This document shows positions 49,239 to 59,238 of a stretch of 64,000 bases of DNA, piece by piece. Position numbers and translations under genes: made by a program. Origin of the DNA: an uncultured Verrucomicrobiales bacterium (GTDB lineage: Bacteria; Verrucomicrobiota; Verrucomicrobiia; Verrucomicrobiales; DEV007). The notes under the pieces are model-generated. The model was not told the DNA's origin. It saw only the letters and a program-made list of their open reading frames with translations, and did no database searches. The first letter of the stretch is position 1, and each line of letters begins with the position of its first letter. Where the stretch lies: NCBI GenBank assembly GCA_938091905.1, contig CALKOM010000084.1, forward strand, positions 1 to 64,000. Reading direction: 5' to 3'.

Positions 49239-50400
49239 CGGGCTCGTTCTAGAAGACCTCTGCACGGACTTCTCGATTCCTGAACACGTACGGTCGTTTG
49301 AGCACGCTCCAGGGACTCGAGTGCGATTCGGGCCAGGCGTGTTGGATTCGATAGGGAGTGAGGGAGCCGCTCTTGGCAAGCGGGCAATGATCGTAACAGA
49401 TGAGGGCCTAGTTGAGGCAGGCTACGTAGGCCGCGCCGTTCGGGCCCTCACGACAGCTGGTCTCGAGGTGACCGTGTTCAGCTCGGTGCATGAAAATCCT
49501 ACCACAGCGGATGTCCGGGCAACAGTGGGAGCAGCGAAGGATGCAAAGATCGATCTTCTCATCGGCCTGGGCGGTGGCAGCAGCATGGATTGCGCCAAGG
49601 GCTGCAATTTCATCCTCACAAACGGCGGAGAGATGAAAGACTACTGGGGCAAGGAGAAAGCAACCAAACCCATGCTACCGCTCATCGCGGTGCCAACCAC
49701 GGCCGGTACAGGTAGCGAGTGCCAGTCCTTCGCTTTGATCGCTGATGAGCACACCCACGCCAAGATGGCCTGCGGAGACAAAAAGGCCGCCGCCAGAGTC
49801 GCCCTCCTCGATCCAGAACTCACGCTCAGCCAACCGAGCAATGTGACAGCCGTCACGGCAATTGATGCCATCAGCCATGCTGTAGAAAGTTATGTTTGCA
49901 AGTCTGCCAACAACATCTCGCGCAGCTATGCGCTTGCTGCTTTCCAACTAATGCAAGATGCGACCGAGCGTATCACGGCCGATCCCAAGAACTTGTTAGG
50001 CCGCGCACGTATGCAACTGGGTGCGGCAATGGCAGGAACCGCCATCGAGAACAGCATGCTAGGCGCCGCGCATAGCATGGCCAACCCGCTGACGGCCCAC
50101 TTTGACATCATTCATGGTCAAGCAGTGGGCGTCGCACTCCCAGCAGTCATCCGCAGGAACTCGCAGGATGCCGAAGTAGCAGCCCTCTATCGCGAACTAC
50201 TCTCGTCTCAGCCACTAGACACGTGGATCACAACTCAAGTGGCCAACCAAGGGCTCGCCACTTGCCTAAGCGATCTAAGTGTCAGTCGCGAGATGCTCCA
50301 CCAGCTGGCAAAGGAAGCGTCAACACAATGGACCGCGCAATTCAACCCGATCGGGTTGACTGCCGACGATTTCGAACAGCTCTATCAAAGCTGTTACTGA
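49231..50400 (+). CDS. Iron-containing alcohol dehydrogenase
   Basis: GGGSSMDCAK, PTTAGTGSE, DAISHAVE, AHSMAN, HG; overlaps the upstream gene by 8 nt. Confidence 0.92.
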   Translation: MSSGLVLEDLCTDFSIPEHVRSFEHAPGTRVRFGPGVLDSIGSEGAALGKRAMIVTDEGLVEAGYVGRAVRALTTAGLEVTVFSSVHENPTTADVRATVGAAKDAKIDLLIGLGGGSSMDCAKGCNFILTNGGEMKDYWGKEKATKPMLPLIAVPTTAGTGSECQSFALIADEHTHAKMACGDKKAAARVALLDPELTLSQPSNVTAVTAIDAISHAVESYVCKSANNISRSYALAAFQLMQDATERITADPKNLLGRARMQLGAAMAGTAIENSMLGAAHSMANPLTAHFDIIHGQAVGVALPAVIRRNSQDAEVAALYRELLSSQPLDTWITTQVANQGLATCLSDLSVSREMLHQLAKEASTQWTAQFNPIGLTADDFEQLYQSCY

Positions 50401-52547
50401 AGCTGCTGGAGGTATTGCCTCGCTAACTGATTTGCAGGATCCAACTTAAGACACATCTGCAGCTGCTCTTTCGCGTCAGCCTTCTTCCCCATTTTAATGT
50501 AGCCCAACGCGAGATTGATACGAGCGCTGGGATCCTCTGGAACAAGTTCGACAACCATGGTGTAGATCTCTGTCGCACGCTGAAATCTGCTGGCCTTCGC
50601 GAGCAATGTCCCCAAGCGAGCATAGGACGGCAAGTGCCGCTTATCTGCTAGAATGGCTTGTTCAAATTTCGCTTCCGCAGCTTCCAGGTTCTTCTGATTC
50701 TGCAACACAAGTCCCCAGTTCATTAGGGCTTCCGCCATCTTTGGATCGAAATCGATGGCTTTCTGAAAACACACATACGCTTCCGACTCGCGCTTTCCTT
50801 GTCGCGACAACGAAATACCCAAACTGTTCCAAGCTTTGGGATGTTGATTGCGGATGGCAATGGCTTCCCGCAGGGCCTTCTCGGCAGCTATCCATTCCTT
50901 CTGACGATTGCGACTTGAGCCTAACTGAAAGTGTCCTGTTGGATCATGAGGAATAGACTTGGTAATAGCTTCCCACTGCGCCGTCGCTTCCGCATGTTTC
51001 CCGGCAGACGCCAAGAGCGATGCGAACTGCTGGCGGGTCACCCAATCAGTCGGGTCCTTCTCGATCATTGCGGCGTAGGTATTCATTGAACGCTGCCCCA
51101 TAGCTGGGGTCATCTCAGAACTAACCTCCGCAAGCTGCTTAGCTAACAATGCCTCTCGAGCCTCCTGACCGAACTGCCCACTGAAGGGAGGTGTTCTCAA
51201 CCGTAACTGCATCTCCTGCACAATCTCGCGCTGGTGGAAGGGCGTTAGCCCCATTGCTTGCTCGCAGGCGCCCAAGGACAGCCAAGGTTTCTCGCTAGTT
51301 AGGCCTAATTTCTTCTCGGCAGCTTGAGCGAAGGCCAAACTCAAGTGGTAGTTCCCCTCAAAAGTGAAGTGGACGTGTTCGTGAAAGTGCTCTTTTCCAG
51401 GAATACCATTTGGGTCGGCTTCCGCCAGTGCTTGTTCTCCGTCAACGAGGTTCCCTTGGGGGACCACCGACCGAATAATCTTATTGATCTGAGTATCGGC
51501 GCGAAATCGGAGGGTATCTAGGTCACGAGCGCGAGAGAAATAGACCGTCGCTTCCTCCGCCTTGCCCTGCGCTACCATGGCTTTCCCTATGCAATAGAAT
51601 AGATTGGCCGACGTGGTGTTTCTAGCAAGGGCACTACGAGCTAGTGTCTCGGCGCCCTCCCATCGCCCATTTGCGAAGTGTTCGTAAACAGCCTCGACAA
51701 CAGAGTCCTCAGGATCGCCCTTCGAAATGAAAGGTGCTGAGTCTTCGAGATTCACGGCCATTGTACTCACGAGGAGAGGCACGTTGGCGTTGCTGGCAAG
51801 CTTGACAATGTCTTCGAGATTCGCCTGGTAGTTTTTATAGACCCGTTGGAGATCGGGATCATCGATGGACACTTGTTGTTCGAGGAACATCTCCAAGCCG
51901 CCCCAACTCTTGGGCACACTAGCGCTCCCCTCACCACCGAAGGTCGACATCCATTGCCCAACACGCGTCTTCTGGAACTTCAAGTTAGCACGAATGGTCC
52001 CCAAAGATGGCCGGCGCGAACCAAAGACTGACCCGCTTCCATACGGACCATTCACCTCGTTGTTCCCCATGTAGAGGACCCAAAGATCCGCAGTCAAATC
52101 CACACAATCTCTTGCGATCGGAAGGACGACATGAGAATTGATGGCGGTAACAGCTGCATTGATCACTTCGAAGCGCCCGTTGGGATAGCGATCTTCTAAC
52201 AACCGTTGCAAGACGCGAGAGAGACCAAATGCGGGTTGGGGATCTCCCATCGCAGCCGATCCTCCCAGAACGACAATTCTGCGCACTCCAGACGGTTTGG
52301 CCTTGGTCACACGAATAGGCTGCGGGGCTCGAGCCAACGCTTTGGGAAAGAAACGCCAAGCAAAGGCATCATTGTTCCTAACTTTGCTCCCATCAGTCTC
52401 ATCCTTGACCAAGAATGACGTATTGTAACCTACGCCGATCAGCCGAAGTCCTAGCTCAAGGGCAAGTAGGGTAATGAGCGGAGCTGCAACCACCAGCACC
52501 AGACGAAAGAGCCAAACTCGCTGGCGATTCTTCGGCTCCTTGCTCAT
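50394..52547 (-). CDS. Membrane-anchored SGNH/GDSL-like + TPR protein
   Basis: N-terminal TM; VLGGSAAMG, VINAA, YMGNNE..G, EHVHF..EGNY; several C-terminal TPRs. Confidence 0.82.
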   Translation of the reverse strand: MSKEPKNRQRVWLFRLVLVVAAPLITLLALELGLRLIGVGYNTSFLVKDETDGSKVRNNDAFAWRFFPKALARAPQPIRVTKAKPSGVRRIVVLGGSAAMGDPQPAFGLSRVLQRLLEDRYPNGRFEVINAAVTAINSHVVLPIARDCVDLTADLWVLYMGNNEVNGPYGSGSVFGSRRPSLGTIRANLKFQKTRVGQWMSTFGGEGSASVPKSWGGLEMFLEQQVSIDDPDLQRVYKNYQANLEDIVKLASNANVPLLVSTMAVNLEDSAPFISKGDPEDSVVEAVYEHFANGRWEGAETLARSALARNTTSANLFYCIGKAMVAQGKAEEATVYFSRARDLDTLRFRADTQINKIIRSVVPQGNLVDGEQALAEADPNGIPGKEHFHEHVHFTFEGNYHLSLAFAQAAEKKLGLTSEKPWLSLGACEQAMGLTPFHQREIVQEMQLRLRTPPFSGQFGQEAREALLAKQLAEVSSEMTPAMGQRSMNTYAAMIEKDPTDWVTRQQFASLLASAGKHAEATAQWEAITKSIPHDPTGHFQLGSSRNRQKEWIAAEKALREAIAIRNQHPKAWNSLGISLSRQGKRESEAYVCFQKAIDFDPKMAEALMNWGLVLQNQKNLEAAEAKFEQAILADKRHLPSYARLGTLLAKASRFQRATEIYTMVVELVPEDPSARINLALGYIKMGKKADAKEQLQMCLKLDPANQLARQYLQQLQ

Positions 52548-52561
52548 GGACCGATTAGACT

Positions 52562-53335
52562 CTAAAAGATGAGGCGAGGCCTAGGCGTTAAAATCTCGGC
52601 TTTGCCTTTGCCTACCAATACGGTATGCTCAAAGTGCGCAGACGGTTTCCGATCCATCGTAACCACGGTCCATTTGTCTGACAGCACCTTCACACGCGCT
52701 GTGCCCTCATTCACCATGGGCTCGATCGCCAAGATCATGCCCTCACGTAGTCTCGGCTTTTCGCCCTTACGACCATAGTTAGGTACTTGAGGCGATTCGT
52801 GCAGCTTTCGGCCCACTCCATGACCGACGAACTCACGCACAACAGTAAAACCTTTACTGATAACGTGTTCCTCAATGGCAGCACACATCGTGCCTAGCAT
52901 TTCACCATGAACAGCATGCTCAATGGCAACGTGAAGAGACTCTTCTGTCGCCATCAGTAAGCGCTGGATCTCAGGACTGACCGTCCCAACCGGAACCGTA
53001 AGCGCATTGTCTCCGACCCAGCCGTCTTTGATAATGCCAACATCGATCTTCACAATGTCACCATACTTGACTTTACGCGGACCACCGATGCCGTGCACGA
53101 CCTCTTCGTTTACAGAGATACAAATGTTACCTGGGAAATTTCGGTAACCCAAGAAGGCACTCTTGCAGCCACGCTCGGCAATCAATTCGGCAGCATAGAG
53201 GTCGACCTCTCTTGTCGTGATTCCTGGTTTGATACCCTTCGCCGTCAGCTGAAGAATCTCACAAGCGGTCTCGCCAGCGCTACGCATCATGTCGACCTGG
53301 CGGCCGGTGCGGATATTGATCTTCTCCTTGGTCAT
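52562..53335 (-). CDS. map: Methionine aminopeptidase type I
   Basis: CISVNEEVVHGI, GHGVG..LHE.P, AIEPM, SAHFEHT. Confidence 0.97.
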   Translation of the reverse strand: MTKEKINIRTGRQVDMMRSAGETACEILQLTAKGIKPGITTREVDLYAAELIAERGCKSAFLGYRNFPGNICISVNEEVVHGIGGPRKVKYGDIVKIDVGIIKDGWVGDNALTVPVGTVSPEIQRLLMATEESLHVAIEHAVHGEMLGTMCAAIEEHVISKGFTVVREFVGHGVGRKLHESPQVPNYGRKGEKPRLREGMILAIEPMVNEGTARVKVLSDKWTVVTMDRKPSAHFEHTVLVGKGKAEILTPRPRLIF

Positions 53336-53970
53336 GAGGCGAGGGCATCGAGGACGCGAGCAAAAACATCGTCCGGTGACCCTTGTCCAGAAATCCTCCG
53401 GAGGCGGTCACCGTCTTCGTAGTAGGGTAATAGTGGCAACGTCTTTTTCTCGTATTCTGCTAGTCGAGAACGATATAGATCGATAGAATCATCGTTGCGA
53501 GAGACCACCGCATTGCCGCATTCAGGGCAAGCCACAGGCGCAGTCTCCCGGGGCCAGACATTCCCGCAAGGATCACAGCCCACGCGATGGGCAACACGCT
53601 CTTCTAGGATGTCCATAGGCACGTCAAGATACACGGCTGTGGCTGCGGGACGATGAGATTCAGCAAGAAACTGATCCAACGCACTGCCCTGAGCTAAGGT
53701 GCGCGGAAATCCATCCAGCACGAATTCGGCTCGCACGGCTTGGAGCCAATTCTGGACGATCTTTAGGATGAGGGCGTCAGGGACAAAGTTCCCGTCCTTC
53801 AAGAAGGTGTGTATTTCCTCGCCCAGTGAAGTGCGACGCTGTTCCTCCACGCGAAGTATGCTGCCGGTAGAACAGTAGGCGAGGTTAAGGTGCTGGCTGA
53901 TGCGTTTGGCCTGAGTCCCTTTGCCCGCGCCTGGTGGGCCTAACAAGAGAATTTGTCTGGGCAATCCCAT
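53332..53970 (-). CDS. adk: Adenylate kinase
   Basis: GPPGAGKGTQA, LDGFPRT, four-Cys LID (CDPC..CPEC). Confidence 0.95.
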   Translation of the reverse strand: MGLPRQILLLGPPGAGKGTQAKRISQHLNLAYCSTGSILRVEEQRRTSLGEEIHTFLKDGNFVPDALILKIVQNWLQAVRAEFVLDGFPRTLAQGSALDQFLAESHRPAATAVYLDVPMDILEERVAHRVGCDPCGNVWPRETAPVACPECGNAVVSRNDDSIDLYRSRLAEYEKKTLPLLPYYEDGDRLRRISGQGSPDDVFARVLDALAS

Positions 53971-53994
53971 TCGTTCCAGGCCAGAAAGCCGAAC

Positions 53995-55518
53995 TTAATT
54001 ACCAACGGTTTGTTGATAAACCAAGTAGCAACCGCCCAGAACGATGACAATCGCTAAGGCCACATAAAGCCAGAGGAGGCCCGTCGAACGCGATCCGGTA
54101 GGAGCACCGCCCGTGTTGACTTTCCTATCAGAACGTCCCCGAATCTTGCCCTTACGTAGAAACCCGTCGTAGTGACGCTGCAAGAGATGGGTTTCAACTT
54201 GGCGCATGATATCTAACAAGACACCTACAAGAATTAGGATACTTGTGCCGCCGAAGAACTGTGCCGCTTGTGGCGGAACCTTCAGCAACCCGGAAACGAG
54301 GGCTGGGATCAGGAAGAGAACCGTTAGGAACAGCGCACCGGCAAACGTGAGACGGCTCATCGTGAAATCGAGGAACTCTGCAGTGGGTTTGCCAGGACGA
54401 ATACCAGGGATGTAGCCACCGTTTCGCTTCAAATCATCAGCGATTTGACTCGGCTGGAACATCGTTGCCACCCAGAAGTAACTGAAGAAAAAGATCATGA
54501 CGGCAGACAAAGCGTAGAATACCCAGTGGCCACCACTTAACATATTAACCGCTTTGGCGGCCCAAGGCTGGCTACCAAAGGCCCAGTTGATGATCTGTGA
54601 CGGAAACATCAAGATAGCACTCGCAAAGATGATCGGCATGACACCAGAGTAATTCACCTTCAGCGGCAGGAAGGTCGATTGGCCACCGTAGACCTTGCGC
54701 CCAACCACACGCTTAGCGTATTGAATGGCAATACGTCGCTGTGCCTGAGTAATACAAATAACCCCTGCAATAACGAGCAGCAGGAATCCAACCATCAGCA
54801 CCAAGACCATGGGACTTTGGGTGCCTTCACCGGTGCCGCTAATGTAAGTTCGCCAAACCTGAACCAAACTTCCCGGCAAGGCCGCGATGATGTTCACCGT
54901 AATGATGAGTGAGATACCGTTACCGATGCCTCGCTCGGTCACTTGCTCACCAATCCACATGAGAAGCAAGGTGCCGGCGGTGATCACAAGCACGGTCGTG
55001 AGAATGAATGGCCAGCCCGGATTAGGAACGAGTTCCAAACCAGTCTTCGAAATGACGGAACTCAGCCCACTCATTAAGGGATTGTTCGCAGGATTCTCAA
55101 GCGTCTTCGCCAGCATGAAACCTTGGAAAACACACAGGGCAATCGTGATGTAACGGGTCAGCTGATTGATTTTCTGCTGACCACCGTCCTCGCGTTTCAT
55201 CTTACTGAGCGTCGGAACCACCGCAGACAACAGCTGCATCATAATCGACGCACTGATGTAGGGCATGATGCCGAGAGCAAAGATGGCGGCATTTTGTAAA
55301 GCACCACCACTGAAGACGTTCAGCATGGCAGTAACCGCTGCCGTTCCCCGGTCAGAGTTCTCCAATGCCTCCTTCAGCCACATCTGCAAGACTGTGGCAT
55401 CAACACCAGGAAGCGTGATCGTCGCGCCAATGCGGACAATCACGATCATGGCTAGAGTGAAGAGGATACGGTCCCGTAATTCGGGGATCTTCAGCGTGTT
55501 GGAAAATGCGGAAATCAT
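53995..55518 (-). CDS. secY: Preprotein translocase SecY
   Basis: LGIMPYISASI, GIGNGISL, GVMPIIFA, IPGIRPG, GGTSILI. Confidence 0.98.
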   Translation of the reverse strand: MISAFSNTLKIPELRDRILFTLAMIVIVRIGATITLPGVDATVLQMWLKEALENSDRGTAAVTAMLNVFSGGALQNAAIFALGIMPYISASIMMQLLSAVVPTLSKMKREDGGQQKINQLTRYITIALCVFQGFMLAKTLENPANNPLMSGLSSVISKTGLELVPNPGWPFILTTVLVITAGTLLLMWIGEQVTERGIGNGISLIITVNIIAALPGSLVQVWRTYISGTGEGTQSPMVLVLMVGFLLLVIAGVICITQAQRRIAIQYAKRVVGRKVYGGQSTFLPLKVNYSGVMPIIFASAILMFPSQIINWAFGSQPWAAKAVNMLSGGHWVFYALSAVMIFFFSYFWVATMFQPSQIADDLKRNGGYIPGIRPGKPTAEFLDFTMSRLTFAGALFLTVLFLIPALVSGLLKVPPQAAQFFGGTSILILVGVLLDIMRQVETHLLQRHYDGFLRKGKIRGRSDRKVNTGGAPTGSRSTGLLWLYVALAIVIVLGGCYLVYQQTVGN

Positions 55519-55572
55519 CGGCGTGGCCTGCTTATCGTCTCACCCTAGTGAAATATCAACCTATCCGGTCAA

Positions 55573-56034
55573 TTATGACTTGGCAGGAGCGGAGTCTGCA
55601 ATACTTCCACCTGCCTTTTCAATCTTTTCCCGAGCGGAAGTGCTCACTTTTAAACCTTCCAGTGTCAACGCTTTGCTGACTTCGCCATTTCCAAGGACCT
55701 TGACGAAATCGAAAGAGCCCTTGATGAGCCTTGCCTCGCGAAGTGCCGCCTCGTTGATGACTTGGCCAGCCTCGAAACGCCCATCAAGATCCGCCACATT
55801 CACGACCGCGTTGGTCGTTTTGAAACGGATATTGCTGAAGCCCTTCTTTGGAAGGCGACGATGAAGGGGCATCTGACCACCCTCGAAGCCTGGACGAATG
55901 CTTCCGCCAGAGCGCGAGCGTTGTCCTTTATGGCCACGTCCGGAGGTCTTACCGAGACCAGAACTCTCGCCGCAACCTAGACGCTTGCGGCGATGCTTGG
56001 CACCGGGGTTGGGTTTGAGAGTATGCAGTCTCAT
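55573..56034 (-). CDS. rplO: 50S ribosomal protein L15
   Basis: GKTSGRGHKGQ.SR, GFEGGQMPL.RRLPK. Confidence 0.98.
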   Translation of the reverse strand: MRLHTLKPNPGAKHRRKRLGCGESSGLGKTSGRGHKGQRSRSGGSIRPGFEGGQMPLHRRLPKKGFSNIRFKTTNAVVNVADLDGRFEAGQVINEAALREARLIKGSFDFVKVLGNGEVSKALTLEGLKVSTSAREKIEKAGGSIADSAPAKS

Positions 56035-56040
56035 GTCGGT

Positions 56041-56574
56041 TTAGATCGATTGTTGTGCGGACACTTTCTTGCCGCGAAGTTTGTAAACCTCGTCGCGATT
56101 ACGTAGCGACTCAAGGGCAGTGAGGGTAGCCTTGACCACATTCGCGTGATTGTTGGAACCCAAAGATTTAGCGAGGACGTCTTTCACACCAGCAGCTTCC
56201 ACCACCGCGCGAACGCCGCCACCTGCAATAATTCCCGTTCCAGGAGAAGCGGGGCGAAGCATCACCCGACCACCGCCGAATTCACCAACCACCTCGTGGG
56301 GAATGGTATTGTCGGCCAATGACACCGGTTTCATAGCCTTCTTCGCCGTGTCACTAGCTTTACGGATGGCCTCAGCAACCTCGTTCGCTTTACCGAAACC
56401 GAAGCCGACTTTTCCATGCTTGTTTCCCGTGACGACGAGAGCACTGAAGCTAAACCGACGACCACCTTTGACCACCTTTGCACAGCGGTTGATATAAACG
56501 ACCTTCTCGATCAGCTCATTCCCATCCGCATCTGTCGGAGGGGGTGGAGGTTGATGGCTTCGCTGGTTACGCAT
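56041..56574 (-). CDS. rpsE: 30S ribosomal protein S5
   Basis: [20 protein letters not shown]. Confidence 0.98.
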   Translation of the reverse strand: MRNQRSHQPPPPPTDADGNELIEKVVYINRCAKVVKGGRRFSFSALVVTGNKHGKVGFGFGKANEVAEAIRKASDTAKKAMKPVSLADNTIPHEVVGEFGGGRVMLRPASPGTGIIAGGGVRAVVEAAGVKDVLAKSLGSNNHANVVKATLTALESLRNRDEVYKLRGKKVSAQQSI

Positions 56575-56606
56575 AATGATAAATTGGTTTAAAAAGTAGG
56601 AAAGTA

Positions 56607-56966
56607 TTAGAATTTTAGACCGCCTTCGCGAGCAGCATCTGCGAGGGCTTTCACTTTGCCATGATAGAGGTGGCCACCACGATCAAAGAGAACCGCGTTC
56701 ACTTTGGCATCGGCAGCCCGCTTAGCGATGACTTCACCCACCTTGGTGGCGGAGGCGACACAAGCTTTCCCACGATGTCCAACTTCTTTATCGACAGTTG
56801 ATGCTGCCGCCAAAGTCTTGCCGGCGTCATCATCGATGAGCTGCGCATAGACATTCTTGTTGGAGAAATACACCGCGAGACGAGGGCGCTCGGCCGTGCC
56901 CACGATCTTTTTACGGATCCGGCGGTGGATCTTCTTTCTAACGACTCGGCGATCTAGTTTACTCAT
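56607..56966 (-). CDS. rplR: 50S ribosomal protein L18
   Basis: RPRL.V..SN, FDRGG..YHG. Confidence 0.98.
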   Translation of the reverse strand: MSKLDRRVVRKKIHRRIRKKIVGTAERPRLAVYFSNKNVYAQLIDDDAGKTLAAASTVDKEVGHRGKACVASATKVGEVIAKRAADAKVNAVLFDRGGHLYHGKVKALADAAREGGLKF

Positions 56967-57000
56967 GACGTCTTAATCTAACAATCAACTACTACAAAAA

Positions 57001-57540
57001 TTACTTCTGGACACTCTTACCAGCTTTGCGGCGGACATATTCTCCCACCACACGGATACCCTTGCCCTTGTATGGCTCTGGTGGATAGTAGGCGCGGACT
57101 TCTGCAGAGAACTGTCCGACTACTTGCTTATCGACACCCTCGACCTTGATCTTGGTGTTGTCCGTCACGGTGACGGTTAGCCCCTCAGGAATAGGGTGGA
57201 GAACCGGGTGAGAGAAACCGAGATTCAAGTCTAGCGCTTTGCCTTTAACAGCAGCACGAAAACCAACCCCTTGGATCTCAAGATCACGAGAGAAACCATC
57301 GGAAACACCTTTCACCATGTTCGCAACAATAGCGCGAGCAGTGCCATGCATAGCTTTGCTTGTGCGTGTATCATCAGGACGAGTCAGTGTGAGGGTAGCG
57401 TCTTCCTGTTTGAGATCAATCGTCGAGGGAAGCTCCCACTCGAGTTTCCCTTTCGGACCATCAACGACCACCTGACGATCGTTCGCTGAAATCTTCACCT
57501 TTTCTGGGATCTCAATGAGTTTATTTCCAATACGTGACAT
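57001..57540 (-). CDS. rplF: 50S ribosomal protein L6
   Basis: MSRIG, PEPYKGKG. Confidence 0.98.
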   Translation of the reverse strand: MSRIGNKLIEIPEKVKISANDRQVVVDGPKGKLEWELPSTIDLKQEDATLTLTRPDDTRTSKAMHGTARAIVANMVKGVSDGFSRDLEIQGVGFRAAVKGKALDLNLGFSHPVLHPIPEGLTVTVTDNTKIKVEGVDKQVVGQFSAEVRAYYPPEPYKGKGIRVVGEYVRRKAGKSVQK

Positions 57541-57583
57541 GGTAGTGAGCGTGGGACGTTCTTAGTGACTACGAAATTCTTAC

Positions 57584-57982
57584 TTACCAGACTTGGGCGA
57601 GGAGTTCTCCACCGACCTTCGCCTTCTTGGCTTGGTGGCCAGTCATGATCCCGCGGGAAGTTGACAGAATTGAAATGCCAAGCCCGTTGAGGACACGAGG
57701 GACTTCATTAGATCCGACATACTGACGAAGACCAGGCTTGCTGACTCGCTTGATATCGGTCAACGCGGGCGTCTTATCGACAAACTTGGTCTTCACCTTG
57801 ATCTCAGGAAACTTGCCAGAGGTATCGACCTCGTAGGACCAAACGTACCCTTCTTCTTGAAGGATGCGTGCGATCTCAGCCTTGATCTTGGAATAAGGCG
57901 CAGTGAATTCATCTTTCCGTGCGCGGCTAGCATTCTTGAAGCGCGTGAGGAAATCGGAAATGGGGTCAGTAAGGACGGCCAT
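57584..57982 (-). CDS. rpsH: 30S ribosomal protein S8
   Basis: DPI.D.LTR..NA, SKPGLR.Y, GGELL. Confidence 0.98.
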   Translation of the reverse strand: MAVLTDPISDFLTRFKNASRARKDEFTAPYSKIKAEIARILQEEGYVWSYEVDTSGKFPEIKVKTKFVDKTPALTDIKRVSKPGLRQYVGSNEVPRVLNGLGISILSTSRGIMTGHQAKKAKVGGELLAQVW

Positions 57983-58010
57983 GGTCTAAGTCAATAAAGG
58001 ATGAATTCAG

Positions 58011-58574
58011 TTAAGCTGCGGCAGCTTTGGAAGGTTTCCGGAATGGCATGCCCATCTTATCGAGCAAGGCGAGCGCGTGCTCATTGGTGTTAGCGGAGGT
58101 GACGATAGTAATGTCGAAACCGAGGGTCCGCTTCACTTTATCCAATTCAATCTCGGGGAAGATTGTCTGGTCGGTAATACCGAGAGTGTAATTGCCACGC
58201 CCATCGAAGGACTTGGGAGAAATACCACGGAAGTCACGAATACGAGGGATGGCCGTGTGAATGAGACGCTCGAGGAACTGCCACATATAGCGACGGCGCA
58301 GGGTCACCTTGCAGCCAATTTCCTGACCTTCACGTAACTTGAAATTCGACACACTGTTCTTGGCCACCGTGATGATGGGCTTTTGACCCGTGATCGTGAC
58401 CAGCTCATTCACCGCATCTTCGACAGCCTGGCTGCGGTCGGGTGCAGAACCCACGCAGCAATTGATGACGACTTTCTCGATCTGTGGCACTTCGTGCGCG
58501 TTCTTCAGACCGAGCTCTTCCTTGAGAGCTGCCATGACGGTCTCATCGTAAAACTGTTTTAGTTCAGGCTTCAT
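58011..58574 (-). CDS. rplE: 50S ribosomal protein L5
   Basis: ITGQKP, FKLREG, PRIRDFRG, FDGRGNY. Confidence 0.98.
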   Translation of the reverse strand: MKPELKQFYDETVMAALKEELGLKNAHEVPQIEKVVINCCVGSAPDRSQAVEDAVNELVTITGQKPIITVAKNSVSNFKLREGQEIGCKVTLRRRYMWQFLERLIHTAIPRIRDFRGISPKSFDGRGNYTLGITDQTIFPEIELDKVKRTLGFDITIVTSANTNEHALALLDKMGMPFRKPSKAAAA

Positions 58575-58583
58575 GTTCGTTGA

Positions 58584-58835
58584 TTAGGCCTCTTTCGAGG
58601 CGGCAGTTGCCAGCTTGACGTTGGAAATATGGATAGCACCTTCGAGCTCGATGATACCGCCTTCAGGGCGATCCTCGGACTTACGAGCATGCTTCTTGAT
58701 CATGCGCACGCCTTCGATGACGACTTGGTCTGAGTTGCGAAGCACGCGGAGAACCTTGCCAGTCTGCCCCTTGTGGGCCCCGGCAATGACTTCGACGATG
58801 TCGTCGCGATTAACGTGTGTCTTGCGTTTGCTCAT
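58584..58835 (-). CDS. rplX: 50S ribosomal protein L24 (short form)
   Basis: KOW motif D.V.VIAG..KG..G.V, IHISNV. Confidence 0.95.
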   Translation of the reverse strand: MSKRKTHVNRDDIVEVIAGAHKGQTGKVLRVLRNSDQVVIEGVRMIKKHARKSEDRPEGGIIELEGAIHISNVKLATAASKEA

Positions 58836-59197
58836 AACACTTCTGGGGCGAGAGAGACGATCTTCATGAAGTTCTTCTCGCGGAGTTCGCGAGCAACTGG
58901 GCCGAAGATACGAGTGCCTTTTGGATTCTTGTCTTTATCGATAATGACGATGGCGTTGCGATCGAAGCGCAAGACCGAGCCGTCGGGACGTTTAATAGGA
59001 GCGGCAGTGCGCACCACCACGGCACGGACCACTTCGCCCTTCTTCACGTTAGCGGTAGGCGTCGCCTCACGGACGTGGGCCGTGATGACATCACCCACAC
59101 CAGCGGAGCGGGAACGCGTACCGAGAACACCAATCATTTTAGCAATCCGCGCACCGGTGTTGTCGGCGACGTGGAGGCTGGATTCCATCTGGACCAT
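58832..59197 (-). CDS. rplN: 50S ribosomal protein L14
   Basis: [19 protein letters not shown]. Confidence 0.98.
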   Translation of the reverse strand: MVQMESSLHVADNTGARIAKMIGVLGTRSRSAGVGDVITAHVREATPTANVKKGEVVRAVVVRTAAPIKRPDGSVLRFDRNAIVIIDKDKNPKGTRIFGPVARELREKNFMKIVSLAPEVL

Positions 59198-59238
59198 AAT
59201 GTATTACCTAGAGGTGAAGAAAGTTAGAATGAAATCGT

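Noticed and set aside
46726..50400. Phenazine biosynthesis or bioluminescence cluster
   Set aside because: No phzA-G or luxAB/luxD genes in the window; only the activation/reduction module is present
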